A stretch of 63,385 nt of DNA, counting the filler, from Octopus bimaculoides (taxonomy: Eukaryota), in the NCBI RefSeq assembly GCF_001194135.2. It is 6 parts of 5 records of this genome, joined end to end, with 100 filler letters (N's around TTAATTAATTAA, not from the genome) between each part and the next. Parts side by side here need not be neighbours in the genome. Positions count along the whole stretch, not along the records: positions 1 to 19,548 come from NC_068994.1; 5 more parts are not named here. One strand, written 5' to 3'. The notes beneath the pieces are model-generated. The model was not told where the DNA came from, did no database searches, and saw nothing but the letters and a program-made list of their open reading frames with translations. The position numbers were made by a program, and so were the translations under genes. This document shows, piece after piece, positions 1-11,221 of the stretch (positions are counted from its first letter, which is position 1; the number at the start of each line of letters is the position of its first letter).

Positions 1-409
1 TTCTATTAAAAAACTATAGGTATACTCAGTTAGGACGGATGTTAGTGTCTTATACATTGTTGTTAAGCAGGTTATGGGTCGATAATTTTTTGGTTCGTTT
101 GTTTCCTCATTTTTTGGAAGCAGGAATGTTAAACCATTAACTAGCCAAGAGGGCATCAAACTAGGATTTTGCAAAACATCGTTGTAAAGTTTTGTTAGCA
201 GTTCATGGCTCTCTGGGAAGGCATTCAACCAGAAGTTAGGAATTTTATCCTTTCCTGGAGACTTCCATTTGCTTGACCTCCTGAGAGCAGATCTTATATC
301 TTCTACCTTGACCCCTTCCCACTTTTGCTCCTCTAAGGAGTCTAAGTCTGTAGATATTCTATCAATCCAAGGAGCTTGTTCATTGTGTGTTTTATCTTCT
401 GCCCAGATT
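1..409 (-). mobile_element. 5'-truncated R4/Dong-type non-LTR retrotransposon, N-terminal RT region; runs off the window
   Basis: Minus-strand translation WKSPGKDKIPNFWLNAFPESHELLTKLYND...GLTFLLPKNEETNEPKNYRPITCLTTMYK is the typical RT domain 0-1 region of RLE-type LINEs. The copy begins right after an (ATT)n tract at ~410-450. Confidence 0.8.
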
Positions 410-873
410 ATTATTATTATTATCATTATTATTATTATTATTACAGTTATTAACATTTAGTCGCCTTATTTTTATCGTGCTTTCACTGCACTACCAAACG
501 CAGCTCTGTGTGCCTTGGGTATTTGCTGTGTTTGTTGTGATGCTCTTATTGTTACTGTATTGAAAGTGTTTTACGTAGGATGTGTGCGGTGCCTAGTAGT
601 GCTATTTTCTGTATGTTATATATATTTGCTAGTCCCGGTGTTTTTGTTATGTATTTGTCTGAATGTTTTTTTATCATGCCTAATGCGCGTGTTATGATAG
701 GAATTGTTTCTGTTTTCAGACTCCACATTCGAGTTATCTCTATTTCCAGGTATATGCATTTTGAAAGTTTCTCCTTTTCCTTTTGAGAAACGTTGTCATC
801 AGTTGGTATTGATACACCAATTAGAAAGCATTTTTCTCTTGATGATCTCTGACGACTATATCTGGCCTATTGG

Positions 874-874
<1 letters not shown>

Positions 875-965
<91 letters not shown>
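875..965. repeat. (TC)n microsatellite interrupting the RLE coding region
   Basis: About 45 TC units; absent at the homologous position of the sibling copy (~9690-9715). Confidence 0.95.
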
Positions 966-967
<2 letters not shown>

Positions 968-2142
968 CATACCCCATAGTATGGTTGCTTTCTCATTTTC
1001 TGTGACCTTTTCTGGCGTGTACCTATAGCATTTTTTTTCTCTTGTTATTCCATAGTGTTGGCATAGCTTCCAGTGTATATAGGTCCCAACTCTTTCGTGT
1101 TGACAATATGGCTTATTACTTCTTGTCCATCTCTACATATTCTGAAGTTACTTGTTATGTTTCTTTTCATTATGTGTTTTTGGTCATTTCTGGTGGGTAG
1201 GCGTTGGTCTTGTGCTGCAATTAAAAATTCTTCAGTCTCTGCTTTGAGTCCTGAGCTTCTCAGCCATTATTGGAATTTTGCTTTGTCCATTTCTTTTGCG
1301 TTTTAGTTTAACTCAGTATTTGCCGTGAAGGGACTTTTCTTGCCATCGTTTTAGTTTCGATTTCAGTTGTTTTACAGCTTTTGCGTTTTTTCTTTTTCTT
1401 CATAGTTGTTAGGTAGTATGACATTTTGTTTGTATTTGTCAGCTTCCTTAAATACTGAAAGCAGCTTTTTGTTTTGTTCGTGTTTTGTGGCTATTTGTAT
1501 TAGTTTTCCTTGTTTCTGTAGTATGTATTTTTGTAGTCCTATGGTGGTTATTTTATAATAGTTTTCTAGCTGTTTCAGGACTCTACCACCTTCTGTTATA
1601 TATATAACCTTTCTACTTTCTATGACAGATTTTGGGTGGTGAATCCTAAATCCTGTCGTTATTTTTCTTGTTTTCCTGTTTATTTTGATTAGTTCATTTA
1701 GTGTTAAGTTAAGGATACTGTAGCTGTATCTTATAACTGCGACGGCTAGAGTGTTGATACCTATTATTATGTTTTTCGCATTGAGCTCTGTTTATAGTAT
1801 TAATCTACAGTATTCTTTTTTTATTTTCTCTTTCATTTGTGTGTTGTAACGTATCTAGTACATAGATTCCTAAGTATTTGTATGCCTGACTTTGGTCTAA
1901 TTTTCTTATTTCATTTGCTTTATCTAGAGTGATATTGCAACTATTGATTAGTTTTCCTTTTTAAATGTTGCTTTAGCACATTTTTCTAAGTCAAATTTCA
2001 TGTTTATTTCTTTGGTAAATACATAGACTGTAGTAATGTTTCTAGTTGTTTATCATTTATAGCGTACAGTTTTAGGTCGCCCATATATGACCGATTGTTT
2101 TTGCTGTAACACTTGTATCCACACCGAGTTCTGTTTAGCATG

Positions 2143-2676
2143 TCAGATAGAAAGTGTGAGTGCCAAACAGAAATGGAGTGGAGAGACCGTGTCTCCCTGG
2201 AATATTCCTCTTCTAATGGGGATAGCTTTGGTTTTTATGAGTCCATCTTTTGTCTGGAGCTGTACCACTGTCTGCCATTTATTCATGGAATGTGTTATAT
2301 ATTTTATGATTATTGGTGCTATCTTGTTCATGGCTAGTGTTTCTAGGATCCATACATGGGGAATACTATGAAGCGCCTTTCGGTAATCGATCCAGGCCAT
2401 ACTTAGACCCTTCTTCTTTCTGCAGCTGTCTTCAGTTACGGCTTTATTGATCATTAGTTGATATTTACAGCCGTATGAGCCCTTGCAGCATCCCTTCTGC
2501 TCTTCTGAAAACAGGTTGTTTTCTTCCAGATTCTTGCTCATTCTCTGTGATATTATTGCAGTAAAGGCTTTATAAATTGTAGGGAGACAAGTTATTGTTC
2601 TGTAATTCTGTGGGTTTGCCGTTTCAGTGAATTTGGAAATTAGGATAGTTTTCCCTTCCCTGAGCCATTCAGGCAT
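2143..2676 (-). pseudogene. Reverse transcriptase fragment of the R4/Dong element
   Basis: ORF track 177 aa: PEWLREGKTILISK...NYRTITCLPTIYK...WIDYRKALHSIPH...RRGIFQGDTVSPLHFCLAL. The downstream YxDD motif reads YMGD. Confidence 0.85.
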
Positions 2677-3967
2677 TGTCTCTGGCTCTGCTATTATTTC
2701 ATTAAGTTTCTCAACTAGCTTTTCATGTGTTCCTGTCAGATATTTTAACCAGAAGTTGGGGATCTTATCGTACCAGGGTGCCTTCCAGTTGCTTAGTCTT
2801 TGCAGTGCCTGGGCGACCTCTTCAGTTGTTATAGGGGTCCAGAGTTGTTCAGGTGCTGAGTTTGTTGTTTTGATAGACCTTTTCAGAGGTTGTTCTTTCG
2901 CCGATCATATTTCTTTCCAAACTTTTTCCACTTCTGCTGTTGGTGCTGCATTGATGTCAATTTTATTTTTGCCAAGTTCTTGGTAGTATCTTTTGGAGTT
3001 GGAGTTGAACTGTTTGTTTTGTTCAAAGAAACGTTGGTATTTCTCATACAGGCGGATTCTTTGTGCTTTGGCAAAGACATCTTGCTTTAGCTGTTCTTTT
3101 AACTCAGGTATACCTTTTTCTATAATTTTGTATTTACGCAGTTTTTTTTCTCTTCTTGTTGCTTAGCAGTGTTGATTGTCTACTAGTTTCGTTAATGAAT
3201 GACATATCTTTTCTCTTGTTTTCTATTTTTTCGGGATATTATTTATCCACAGGGTTTGTTTGGATGGTGGCACTCCTATTTGGATGGGTTTGAGGGAGTG
3301 GCCACAGCGGCTGCCGCATATATTATGTCATTTAGCCTGGTCATATTTATATTTGTTTCTATTATTGATGTTGCTTTAGTATCAATTTCAATTTTTGCGG
3401 AGTACAATCGGTGGTACATACTGGCTTTCAGTTCTTTGATTATGTTCATTTTTAAAGTATCATAATCATTAGGTTCACCTTCACTGTTTCCAGATTTGTT
3501 TCGTATTCCCTCCTATTTTTCTCTTTGGTGTTCTGATTTGGTACATTTTGGTCATCATTTTACATTCCTACGATCTGGGTTTGTTGTCTTTCGTTGTTTA
3601 CTTCCCTTTTGTTGGAAATGTTACGTCTGCCTTCGTGTTTTACAGTCCCAGTGCTTATGTGTGGTTACTAGCAACATGTTCCTGATGTATTTTTCCTTTT
3701 AAGTGTTCTATTTCTATTTCTGATTTTTTTTGGTTTTATTTTCAGAATATATCTTCGTATGTTAGCTAGTTTATTAGGGTTCATTGCTGTATCAATGTCT
3801 TTGTCTAGATTATATCTAGGTTATTTTTCATCCAGATTTTATATATATATATATATATATATATTGTTTTCGTTCTTCTGGTAGAGCACTACCGATGTTT
3901 TGGATAGATTTCCGAGCAGTGTTTTATCGCTGTCACATGTTAAACGTCCCCGGTGTGTCTTTATTAC

Positions 3968-4015
<48 letters not shown>

Positions 4016-4202
4016 NNNNNNNNNNNNNNNNNNNNNNNNNNNNNNNNNNNNNNNNNNNNNNNNNNNNNNNNNNNNNNNNNNNNNNNNNNNNNNNNNNNNN
4101 NNNNNNNNNNNNNNNNNNNNNNNNNNNNNNNNNNNNNNNNNNNNNNNNNNNNNNNNNNNNNNNNNNNNNNNNNNNNNNNNNNNNNNNNNNNNNNNNNNNN
4201 NN

Positions 4203-4740
4203 AGTGAGAGAGCAGAGAATGCCATCAAAGGGACACTGGGGTAAAATATACGAAATCCAGTATACCCATCATGACTACCCGTCAGATAAGGGTACACCAG
4301 ACACATGCATCACAACCATATGTGCGCGACATAGTGGTCTCATATCAAAATAAACAGCGCATGATTTTGCAGGTGCAGCCCAGTTAGAATTTTCTTCAAA
4401 TGGTCCTTGAATAAGGATCGTTTAAGGATGTTGAATGAAACACCCATGTTTCCAGAGGTGCATTATTCAAACTCCAAAAACTTCCTCTCAACACATGACT
4501 ATGATGCTCCCCCACTACTTCTGCTCATAATCAGAGATGCATATACAGTCAGCAACTAAAGAATATGCTCAAGTGTAGGTCAAATAACTGACAAGCAAAC
4601 ATGTAGGTCAAACAACTGACAAGCAAATCGGTGATATTCAGCAGAATATTTACTGTAGCCCATCTTTTATGCCAAGACAAAACAATGTACAAGATAGCAC
4701 TTCCAATCAGTTAAGATCAGAAGCTATGAGAGCCAGTACT
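4203..4740 (-). mobile_element. ~540 bp non-coding dispersed element (copy 1)
   Basis: Homologous along its length to 7250-7783 and, in reverse complement, to 61540-61853. No coding signal. Confidence 0.8.
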
Positions 4741-4744
4741 AACT

Positions 4745-6400
4745 CTCAGCTTATTTTGCTGGGTATGATGAAAAGTTTCAGTTGTTCACAGCCAGCAGAC
4801 TAAAGAGACACGTGTTTGCTGATCATGCTTCAAGAACCCTGCGAAGAATCCTTGCAGTTCCAAGCAATGCTGATTTTTGTAGGTGTTCTATCGTTACATC
4901 TGTACCAATCTTTTTGATCCAAGTTGGTAGTCGAGTGCTGATACTTCCAAGTGCACCGATTATTATTGGTATCACGTCTACTCATTGACCACACCTTCAT
5001 ATTTCCCACTTCAAATTGTCGTAGTTGTTCAGTTTTTCTTCTTTCTCTTTGATCTTGTTGTCACCAGAACATGCTATGTCGATTATCATGCAAGTTCTTC
5101 CTTTTTTATTTACAACATTGTCCGGTTCCGATGTCTGGTCAGGTGATCGCACTGAATCATTGCATCCCATAGGATTTTGCAATTTTCATTTTCTGTGACT
5201 CCTTCTGGGGTTTTCTCATACCACGTCTTTGCTCTTTGTGGGCCGTGGTTTCCACAGAGCTCCCAATGGATCGTTCTTGCCACATTGTCATGTCATCTTT
5301 TGTATTCGCGGTTTGCCAATTTCGGCCATCCACTAACGATGTGCCATATTGTTTCACCCCTCTCACCACAAATTCTGCGTTTGTCGCTCTCAGTGGTGTT
5401 GTCAATTCTGCACTTCTTTAACGCTTATTCTTGTACTGCATATATAAGTGCTTCTGTCTATATTCAAGTCACTCCTTCTCAACCATAGCCACCGGTCGTC
5501 TGTATCTGTCTTCGCATTCGTATCTCTTGCGTATTAACCGTACATTTTTCCATGCTGTTCCTGTTTTTTAGTTCTTTTCCTCTTTAATTTTTTCTTTCTT
5601 TACACAATTATCACTTTTGATGACGCTGGACTTTATCATGTGTCAACAGTGGTTCCACGGTATTTTTTACATACCACCCTAAGCTGTTTTCCCCTACTTC
5701 GATATAATCTAGGCAACTGATCAATCCTCTCCCACACATTCTTCTGAACAAGTACAGCCTATCGGTGTCACTCTTAGGGTGGAAGGTTCCGTGTACTTTC
5801 AATCTTTTTCTTGTCTTCAGGTCCATGTTCATCAGTTCTTTCTTTTTCCAGTTTATGATTACAGCTCCATACCGAAATGATGTTATCGCCCATATATTAA
5901 CTGCGTGGATTTTATTCCATCCGGTCGATTTTGAGCTCAATACTAATCTTAGTCTTCGGAAATATTTCATTCTCAGTTGTTCTTTCATTTCCTTCTCCAT
6001 GATTTCGTTGAACTCTAGTATTCCAAGATAGTTGTAGCCTTCCTTTTCAATTTGTTTAATCAGTCCTCTGTTAAGTAGTTTTTTCCCTCCTAGGGGCTGT
6101 ACCTTGCCCCTTTTCAGGTACATTTTACCACACTTCTTGCGTTCGAATTCCATTCGGCTATCAGTACTAAAACAGTAGACCGTGTTCACTAAAAAATTCA
6201 CTTGGGCCGCATCTTTTCCATACAGCTTCAAATCATCTGTGAAGAGGAGGTGATTGATTGTTTAAGATTTTCCCTTTAGCTGATATCCTAGGTTCATTTA
6301 CTTAAGTACCAAGGTCAAAGGGATCATGCAGAGGACAAAAAACAACGGAGATAGGCTGTCGCCTTGGAAAATCTCTCTTCTGATGCCCAGGGTGCCCAAG
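4745..6400 (-). mobile_element. 5'-truncated R4/Dong-type LINE (subfamily 2): RT C-half to RLE
   Basis: RGIFQGDSLSP, LFTDDLKLYG, HPKSDTDRLYL...GRGL, CMIIDIACSGDNKIKEKEEKLNNYDNLKWEI, ...LRRVLEA*. Confidence 0.85.
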
Positions 6401-6435
6401 CACAGTCCGTAGATTGACTATTATTGATATTATTA

Positions 6436-7228
6436 TTTCTCTTTATCACAGGTTTTGTTGGAGCTCCTGAAGTCTTGCACGTGTAATGGGCTTGCTACCG
6501 GCAGTCTACGGTACCTATTCGTTTTTTTGTTTTCAGCTATCTAATACTTAAATGATTATTCTGGCCGTGCTAAGGAGGCAACCCTTTTGGCACAGTCCTA
6601 CTGGGTACTCTATTCCGATTTCCTTTATATTCTTCTTGATGCCTTCTGATACTGTTCCCAAGGATCTAACAATAATTGGCACTAACTTCACCTTCTTCAT
6701 TTTCCATAGCTGGGTTATTCCTTACTTAAGAGGGTTGTATTTATTTATCTTTTCGTCTTCCTTCTTGGCTATTCATGGGTCAAAGGGGCATGCAACATCA
6801 ACTATATAGCATATGTCATGCACCTTGTCCACCACCACTATGTCCGGTCTGTACCTGATCATTTTGTATTGGGAAATCCAAGAGGAATTTGCTAGTCTCC
6901 GATACCACCACTCTCTGCAGTTTGTGCTCATACCACGTCTTGCCTCTTTCTAGCCCCAACTTCTTGCACAGTTTCCAATGTAGCACTTTCGCTACCTGGT
7001 CGTGTTGTCACAACATGTAGTGGTTTGGGGCAGGCCTAGGGCATTCGTTCGTGATATGGGCAATGGTTACATCCACCCTATTGCAGATGCGGCACAGCGT
7101 TGACAATTGCTCATTCCTAACGTTCACCCTTCAGTTCTTGGCCAAAGCTTGGTCTTGCGCTACTAGTATACTGCTTGCGGTCTCTTTTTTTAGGATTCTT
7201 TCATCAGCCAATCCTACCTATTTTTTCT
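6436..7228 (-). mobile_element. 5'-truncated R4/Dong-type LINE (subfamily 3), RLE region and 3' UTR
   Basis: Homologous to 11222-11990, including the 3' UTR (caggttttgttggagctcctgaagtc). Its 5' end abuts a TAA/CAA tract at 7229-7249. Confidence 0.8.
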
Positions 7229-7249
7229 ATTATTGTTGTTGTTGTTATT

Positions 7250-7783
7250 GAGTGAGAGAGCAGCGCATACCATCAAAGTGATACTGGAGTACAATTATAC
7301 GAAGCCCAATATACCTAACATGACTATCCGTCTGATAAGGGTACACCAGACACATGCATCACAACAATATGTGCGCGACATGATGATCAAGATAAACAGC
7401 ACATGACCTTGCAGGTGGGGCCCAGTTACAATTTTCTTCAGGTCGAGTAGCCCATCCCGCTCAAAAGGTCCCTGAATAAGATTTGTTTATGGATGATGAA
7501 CGAAACATCCATGTTTCCAAAGGTGAAATATTCAAACCCCAAAGAATTCCTCTCAACACATGACTATGATGCTCCCCTACTACTTCTGCTCATGATCAGA
7601 GGTGCACATATTGTCAACCACCAAGGTTAAGGTCAAACAACTGAAAGGCAAATCTATGGTATTGAGCAGAATATTTACTGTAGCCCATTATTTATACCAA
7701 GACAAAACAATGTACATGACAACACTTCCAAATCAGTTAAGATCAGAAGCCATGAGAGTCACTGCCTGGTATTGCATCAGGGC
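7250..7783 (-). mobile_element. ~540 bp non-coding dispersed element (copy 2, most complete), bounded by TAA-type tracts on both sides
   Basis: Ends ...ctctctcactc followed by (AAT/AAC)n. Starts gccctgatgcaatacc directly after (TAA)n at 7784-7842. Confidence 0.85.
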
Positions 7784-7793
7784 ATTATTATTA

Positions 7794-7841
<48 letters not shown>

Positions 7842-7842
7842 T

Positions 7843-9023
7843 TATGTTTGACTTTTGTTTTGCATTTGTACAAGTTGGATCCAAGTCTCACCCAGAGACC
7901 TCAAGAGACAACAAGTTAGAAGTTCATGCCTAGGGTACCATATATTTGGATTTGTACAGTTTTGTTCAAGTGAATGTTTAAGAAAACATAAGAAAATTAT
8001 NNNNNNNNNNNNNNNNNNNNNNNNNNNNNNNNNNNNNNNNNNNNNNNNNNNNNNNNNNNNNNNNNNNNNNNNNNNNNNNNNNNNNNNNNNNNNNNNNNNN
8101 NNNNNNNNNNNNNNNNNNNNNNNNNNNNNNNNNNNNNNNNNNNNNNNNNNNNNNNNNNNNNNNNNNNNNNNNNNNNNNNNNNNNNNNNNNNNNNNNNNNN
8201 NNNNNNNNNNNNNNNNNNNNNNNNNNNNNNNNNNNNNNNNNNNNNNNNNNNNNNNNNNNNNNNNNNNNNNNNNNNNNNNNNNNNNNNNNNNNNNNNNNNN
8301 NNNNNNNNNNNNNNNNNNNNNNNNNNNNNNNNNNNNNNNNNNNNNNNNNNNNNNNNNNNNNNNNNNNNNNNNNNNNNNNNNNNNNNNNNNNNNNNNNNNN
8401 NNNNNNNNNNNNNNNNNNNNNNNNNNNNNNNNNNNNNNNNNNNNNNNNNNNNNNNNNNNNNNNNNNNNNNNNNNNNNNNNNNNNNNNNNNNNNNNNNNNN
8501 NNNNNNNNNNNNNNNNNNNNNNNNNNNNNNNNNNNNNNNNNNNNNNNNNNNNNNNNNNNNNNNNNNNNNNNNNNNNNNNNNNNNNNNNNNNNNNNNNNNN
8601 NNNNNNNNNNNNNNNNNNNNNNNNNNNNNNNNNNNNNNNNNNNNNNNNNNNNNNNNNNNNNNNNNNNNNNNNNNNNNNNNNNNNNNNNNNNNNNNNNNNN
8701 NNNNNNNNNNNNNNNNNNNNNNNNNNNNNNNNNNNNNNNNNNNNNNNNNNNNNNNNNNNNNNNNNNNNNNNNNNNNNNNNNNNNNNNNNNNNNNNNNNNN
8801 NNNNNNNNNNNNNNNNNNNNNNNNNNNNNNNNNNNNNNNNNNNNNNNNNNNNNNNNNNNNNNNNNNNNNNNNNNNNNNNNNNNNNNNNNCAGGTGTTTCT
8901 AGTTCGTCTAATTCTTGAATTTGTTGCAATTGGAATTCACTTAGATATTCTTTTGCCTGTTTTGTTACTGAGTAAGATGCTTTCTTGCTTTCATATTTTA
9001 AGACAAGTTTTAGCATCCAGTCC
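7843..9023 (-). mobile_element. Probable 5'-truncated R4/Dong-type copy spanning an N gap
   Basis: 8891-9023 translates DWMLKLVLKYESKKASYSVTKQAKEYL (post-RT-like). 7843-7998 looks like a 3' UTR followed by (TAA)n. Continuity across the gap is inferred. Confidence 0.55.
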
Positions 9024-9050
9024 TTATTATTATTATTATTATTATTATTA

Positions 9051-9244
9051 TTTTGCTTCTATATCTTCTGCAGGAGTTACCTCAGTTCTATATATATTAA
9101 CCAAAATGAAGTAGATTGACAAGTTTATCTTTTGAACCTGTGGAAGACGCACGAGATGTCGAAATATCGTTCACTTGATAACAATGGCACTCTTCTATTT
9201 TTGTTTCTATATCTTCTGGAGGAGTTACCTCAGTTCTATATATA

Positions 9245-9247
<3 letters not shown>
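9051..9247. repeat. ~200 bp module with ~48 bp direct terminal repeats, lying between TAA tracts
   Basis: ttttg(c/t)ttctatatcttctg(c/g)aggagttacctcagttctatatatatta at 9051-9099 and ~9199-9247. Confidence 0.8.
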
Positions 9248-9278
<31 letters not shown>

Positions 9279-9285
9279 GTTATTC

Positions 9286-11200
9286 AGTAGTCTTATTTTT
9301 ATCACGTGCTTTCACTGCACTACCGAGCGCAGCCCTGTGTGCCTTGGGTATGTGCTGTAGTTTGTTGTGATGCTCTTATTTTTCACTGTATTGAAAGTGT
9401 TTTACGTAGGATCTGTACGGTGCCTAGTAGTGCTATTTTCTGTAGTCCTGGTGTTTTCATTATATATTTGTCTGAATGATTTTTTATCGTACCTAATGCG
9501 CCTACTATTATAAGAATTGTTTCTGATTTTAGGGTCCACGTTCAAGTTATCTCTATTTCTAGATCTTTCTATTATGAGAGATTTTTCCGTTTCTTTTAAA
9601 GAAACGTTGTCATCTATTGGTATTGATACATCGATTAAAAGGTAGTGTTTTTTTCCGTGATCTCTGACAACTATATCCGGTCTATTAGCCTTGGTTTCTC
9701 TATCTGTGTGTATTGGCATATCCTAGAATATGATTGCTTTCTCATTTACTGTGATCTTTTCTGGTGTGTGCCTATACCATCTTTTTTCTGTTGTCATTCC
9801 ATACTGTTGGCATAGCTTCCAGTGTATATAGGTCCCAACTCTGTCATGTCAGTGAATTTATTCCTTCTTAGCTAGGACTGAGCAACCGTAGATGATATGA
9901 TTTATTGTTTCTTCTCCATATTCTGCAATTACTTATATTTTTTTACTATGTGTTTTTGGTGGTTTCTTATGGGAAGGTTTTGATCTTGTACTGCAATTAA
10001 AAACCCTTCGATCTCTGCTTTTAGTCCTGAGTTTCTAAACCGTTGTTGGGAATTTGGTCTGTCTATTTCTTTTTTGTTTAGCTAAACATAGTATTTTCCA
10101 TGTAAGGATTTTTCTTGCCATCGTTTTATCATGATCCGTTGTTGTTCCAGTTTCAGTTTGGCTTTCAGTTGTTTTACAGCTTCTGTTGTTTCTTATTTTT
10201 CTTCATAGCTTTTTTTGCATTTTTCAGCTTCCTTAAAGACTGAAAACAGTTTTGTGTTTTGCTCGTATTTTGTGGCTATTTGTACCAGTTTTCCTTGCTT
10301 CTGAAGCAGGTATTTGTTTAACCCTTTGGTGGTTATTTTATAATAGTTTTCTAACTTTATAAAGCCTCTACCACCTTCAATACGCTGTATATATAACATT
10401 TCTATGTAAGATTTTGGATAGTGCACCCTAAATCCTGTCATTATTTTCTTGTTTTCCTATCCAGTCTGATTAGTTCATTTAGAGTCCAGTTAAGAATATT
10501 ATAGCTATAACTTATAACTGGGACGGCTAGAGTGTTGATACTTATTATCTTGTTTTTTGCATTGACCTATGTTTTCAGTATTAATCTAACTCGTCTAAAG
10601 TATTCCTTTTTTATCTTCCTTTTCATTTATGTGTGTTGTATCGCATTCGTCAAATTCTCTTATTTCATTTGCTTTATCTAGTGTGATAGTGTTACTTTTA
10701 ACTAGTTTTCTTCTTTTCAAGGTTGCTTAGGCACATTTATCTAAGCCAAATTTCATGTTTATTTCTTTGTTTATTTCCAGTTGTTTGTCATTTGCAACAT
10801 ACAATTTTAAATCATCCATATCCAAGAGATGGTTGATTGTTTTGCAGTTACAGTTGTACCCACATCCAGTTCTGTTAAGCATGTCAGATAAAGGTGTGAG
10901 TGCCAAGGAGCAAAGGAGTGGAGAGAGAGCGAGTCTCCCTGGAATATTCCTCTTCTAAAGGGGGTGGCTTTGGTTTTAATGAGTCCCTCTTTTGTCTGGA
11001 GCTGTAGCATTGTTTGCTACTTATTCATGAAATGTTTTATATATTTCATGATTATTGGTGCTACCTTGTTCATGGTTAGTGTAGGATCTATGTATGGTGA
11101 ATACTACGAAAAGCCTTTCGGTAATTAAACCAAGCAATCCTTAAACCCTTCTTTTTCCTATGGCTAACTTCAGTTATGGCTTTATTGATCAATAGCTGAT
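9286..11200 (-). mobile_element. 5'-truncated R4/Dong-type LINE (subfamily 1, sibling of 453-3965)
   Basis: RRGIFQGDSLS, DMDDLKLY, GGRGFIKLENYYK, ANRPDIVVRDH...IDVSIPIDDNVSLKE. Same 3' UTR as 453-560. TAA-type tracts at both ends. Confidence 0.88.
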
Positions 11201-11221
11201 CTTTACTATTATTATTATCAT

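Larger units (their letters stand above)
453..3965 (-). mobile_element. Near-full-length decayed R4/Dong-type non-LTR retrotransposon (subfamily 1) flanked by (TAA)n on both sides
   Basis: RT motifs (NYRTITCL, EEQKG, IDYRKA, RRGIFQGDTVSP, YMGDLKLY), post-RT GGRVL region and RLE C-terminus (IQKIALLGTAHILRKTLSIQ*). ATT tracts lie at 410-450 and 3965-4015. There are many stops and frameshifts. Confidence 0.9.
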
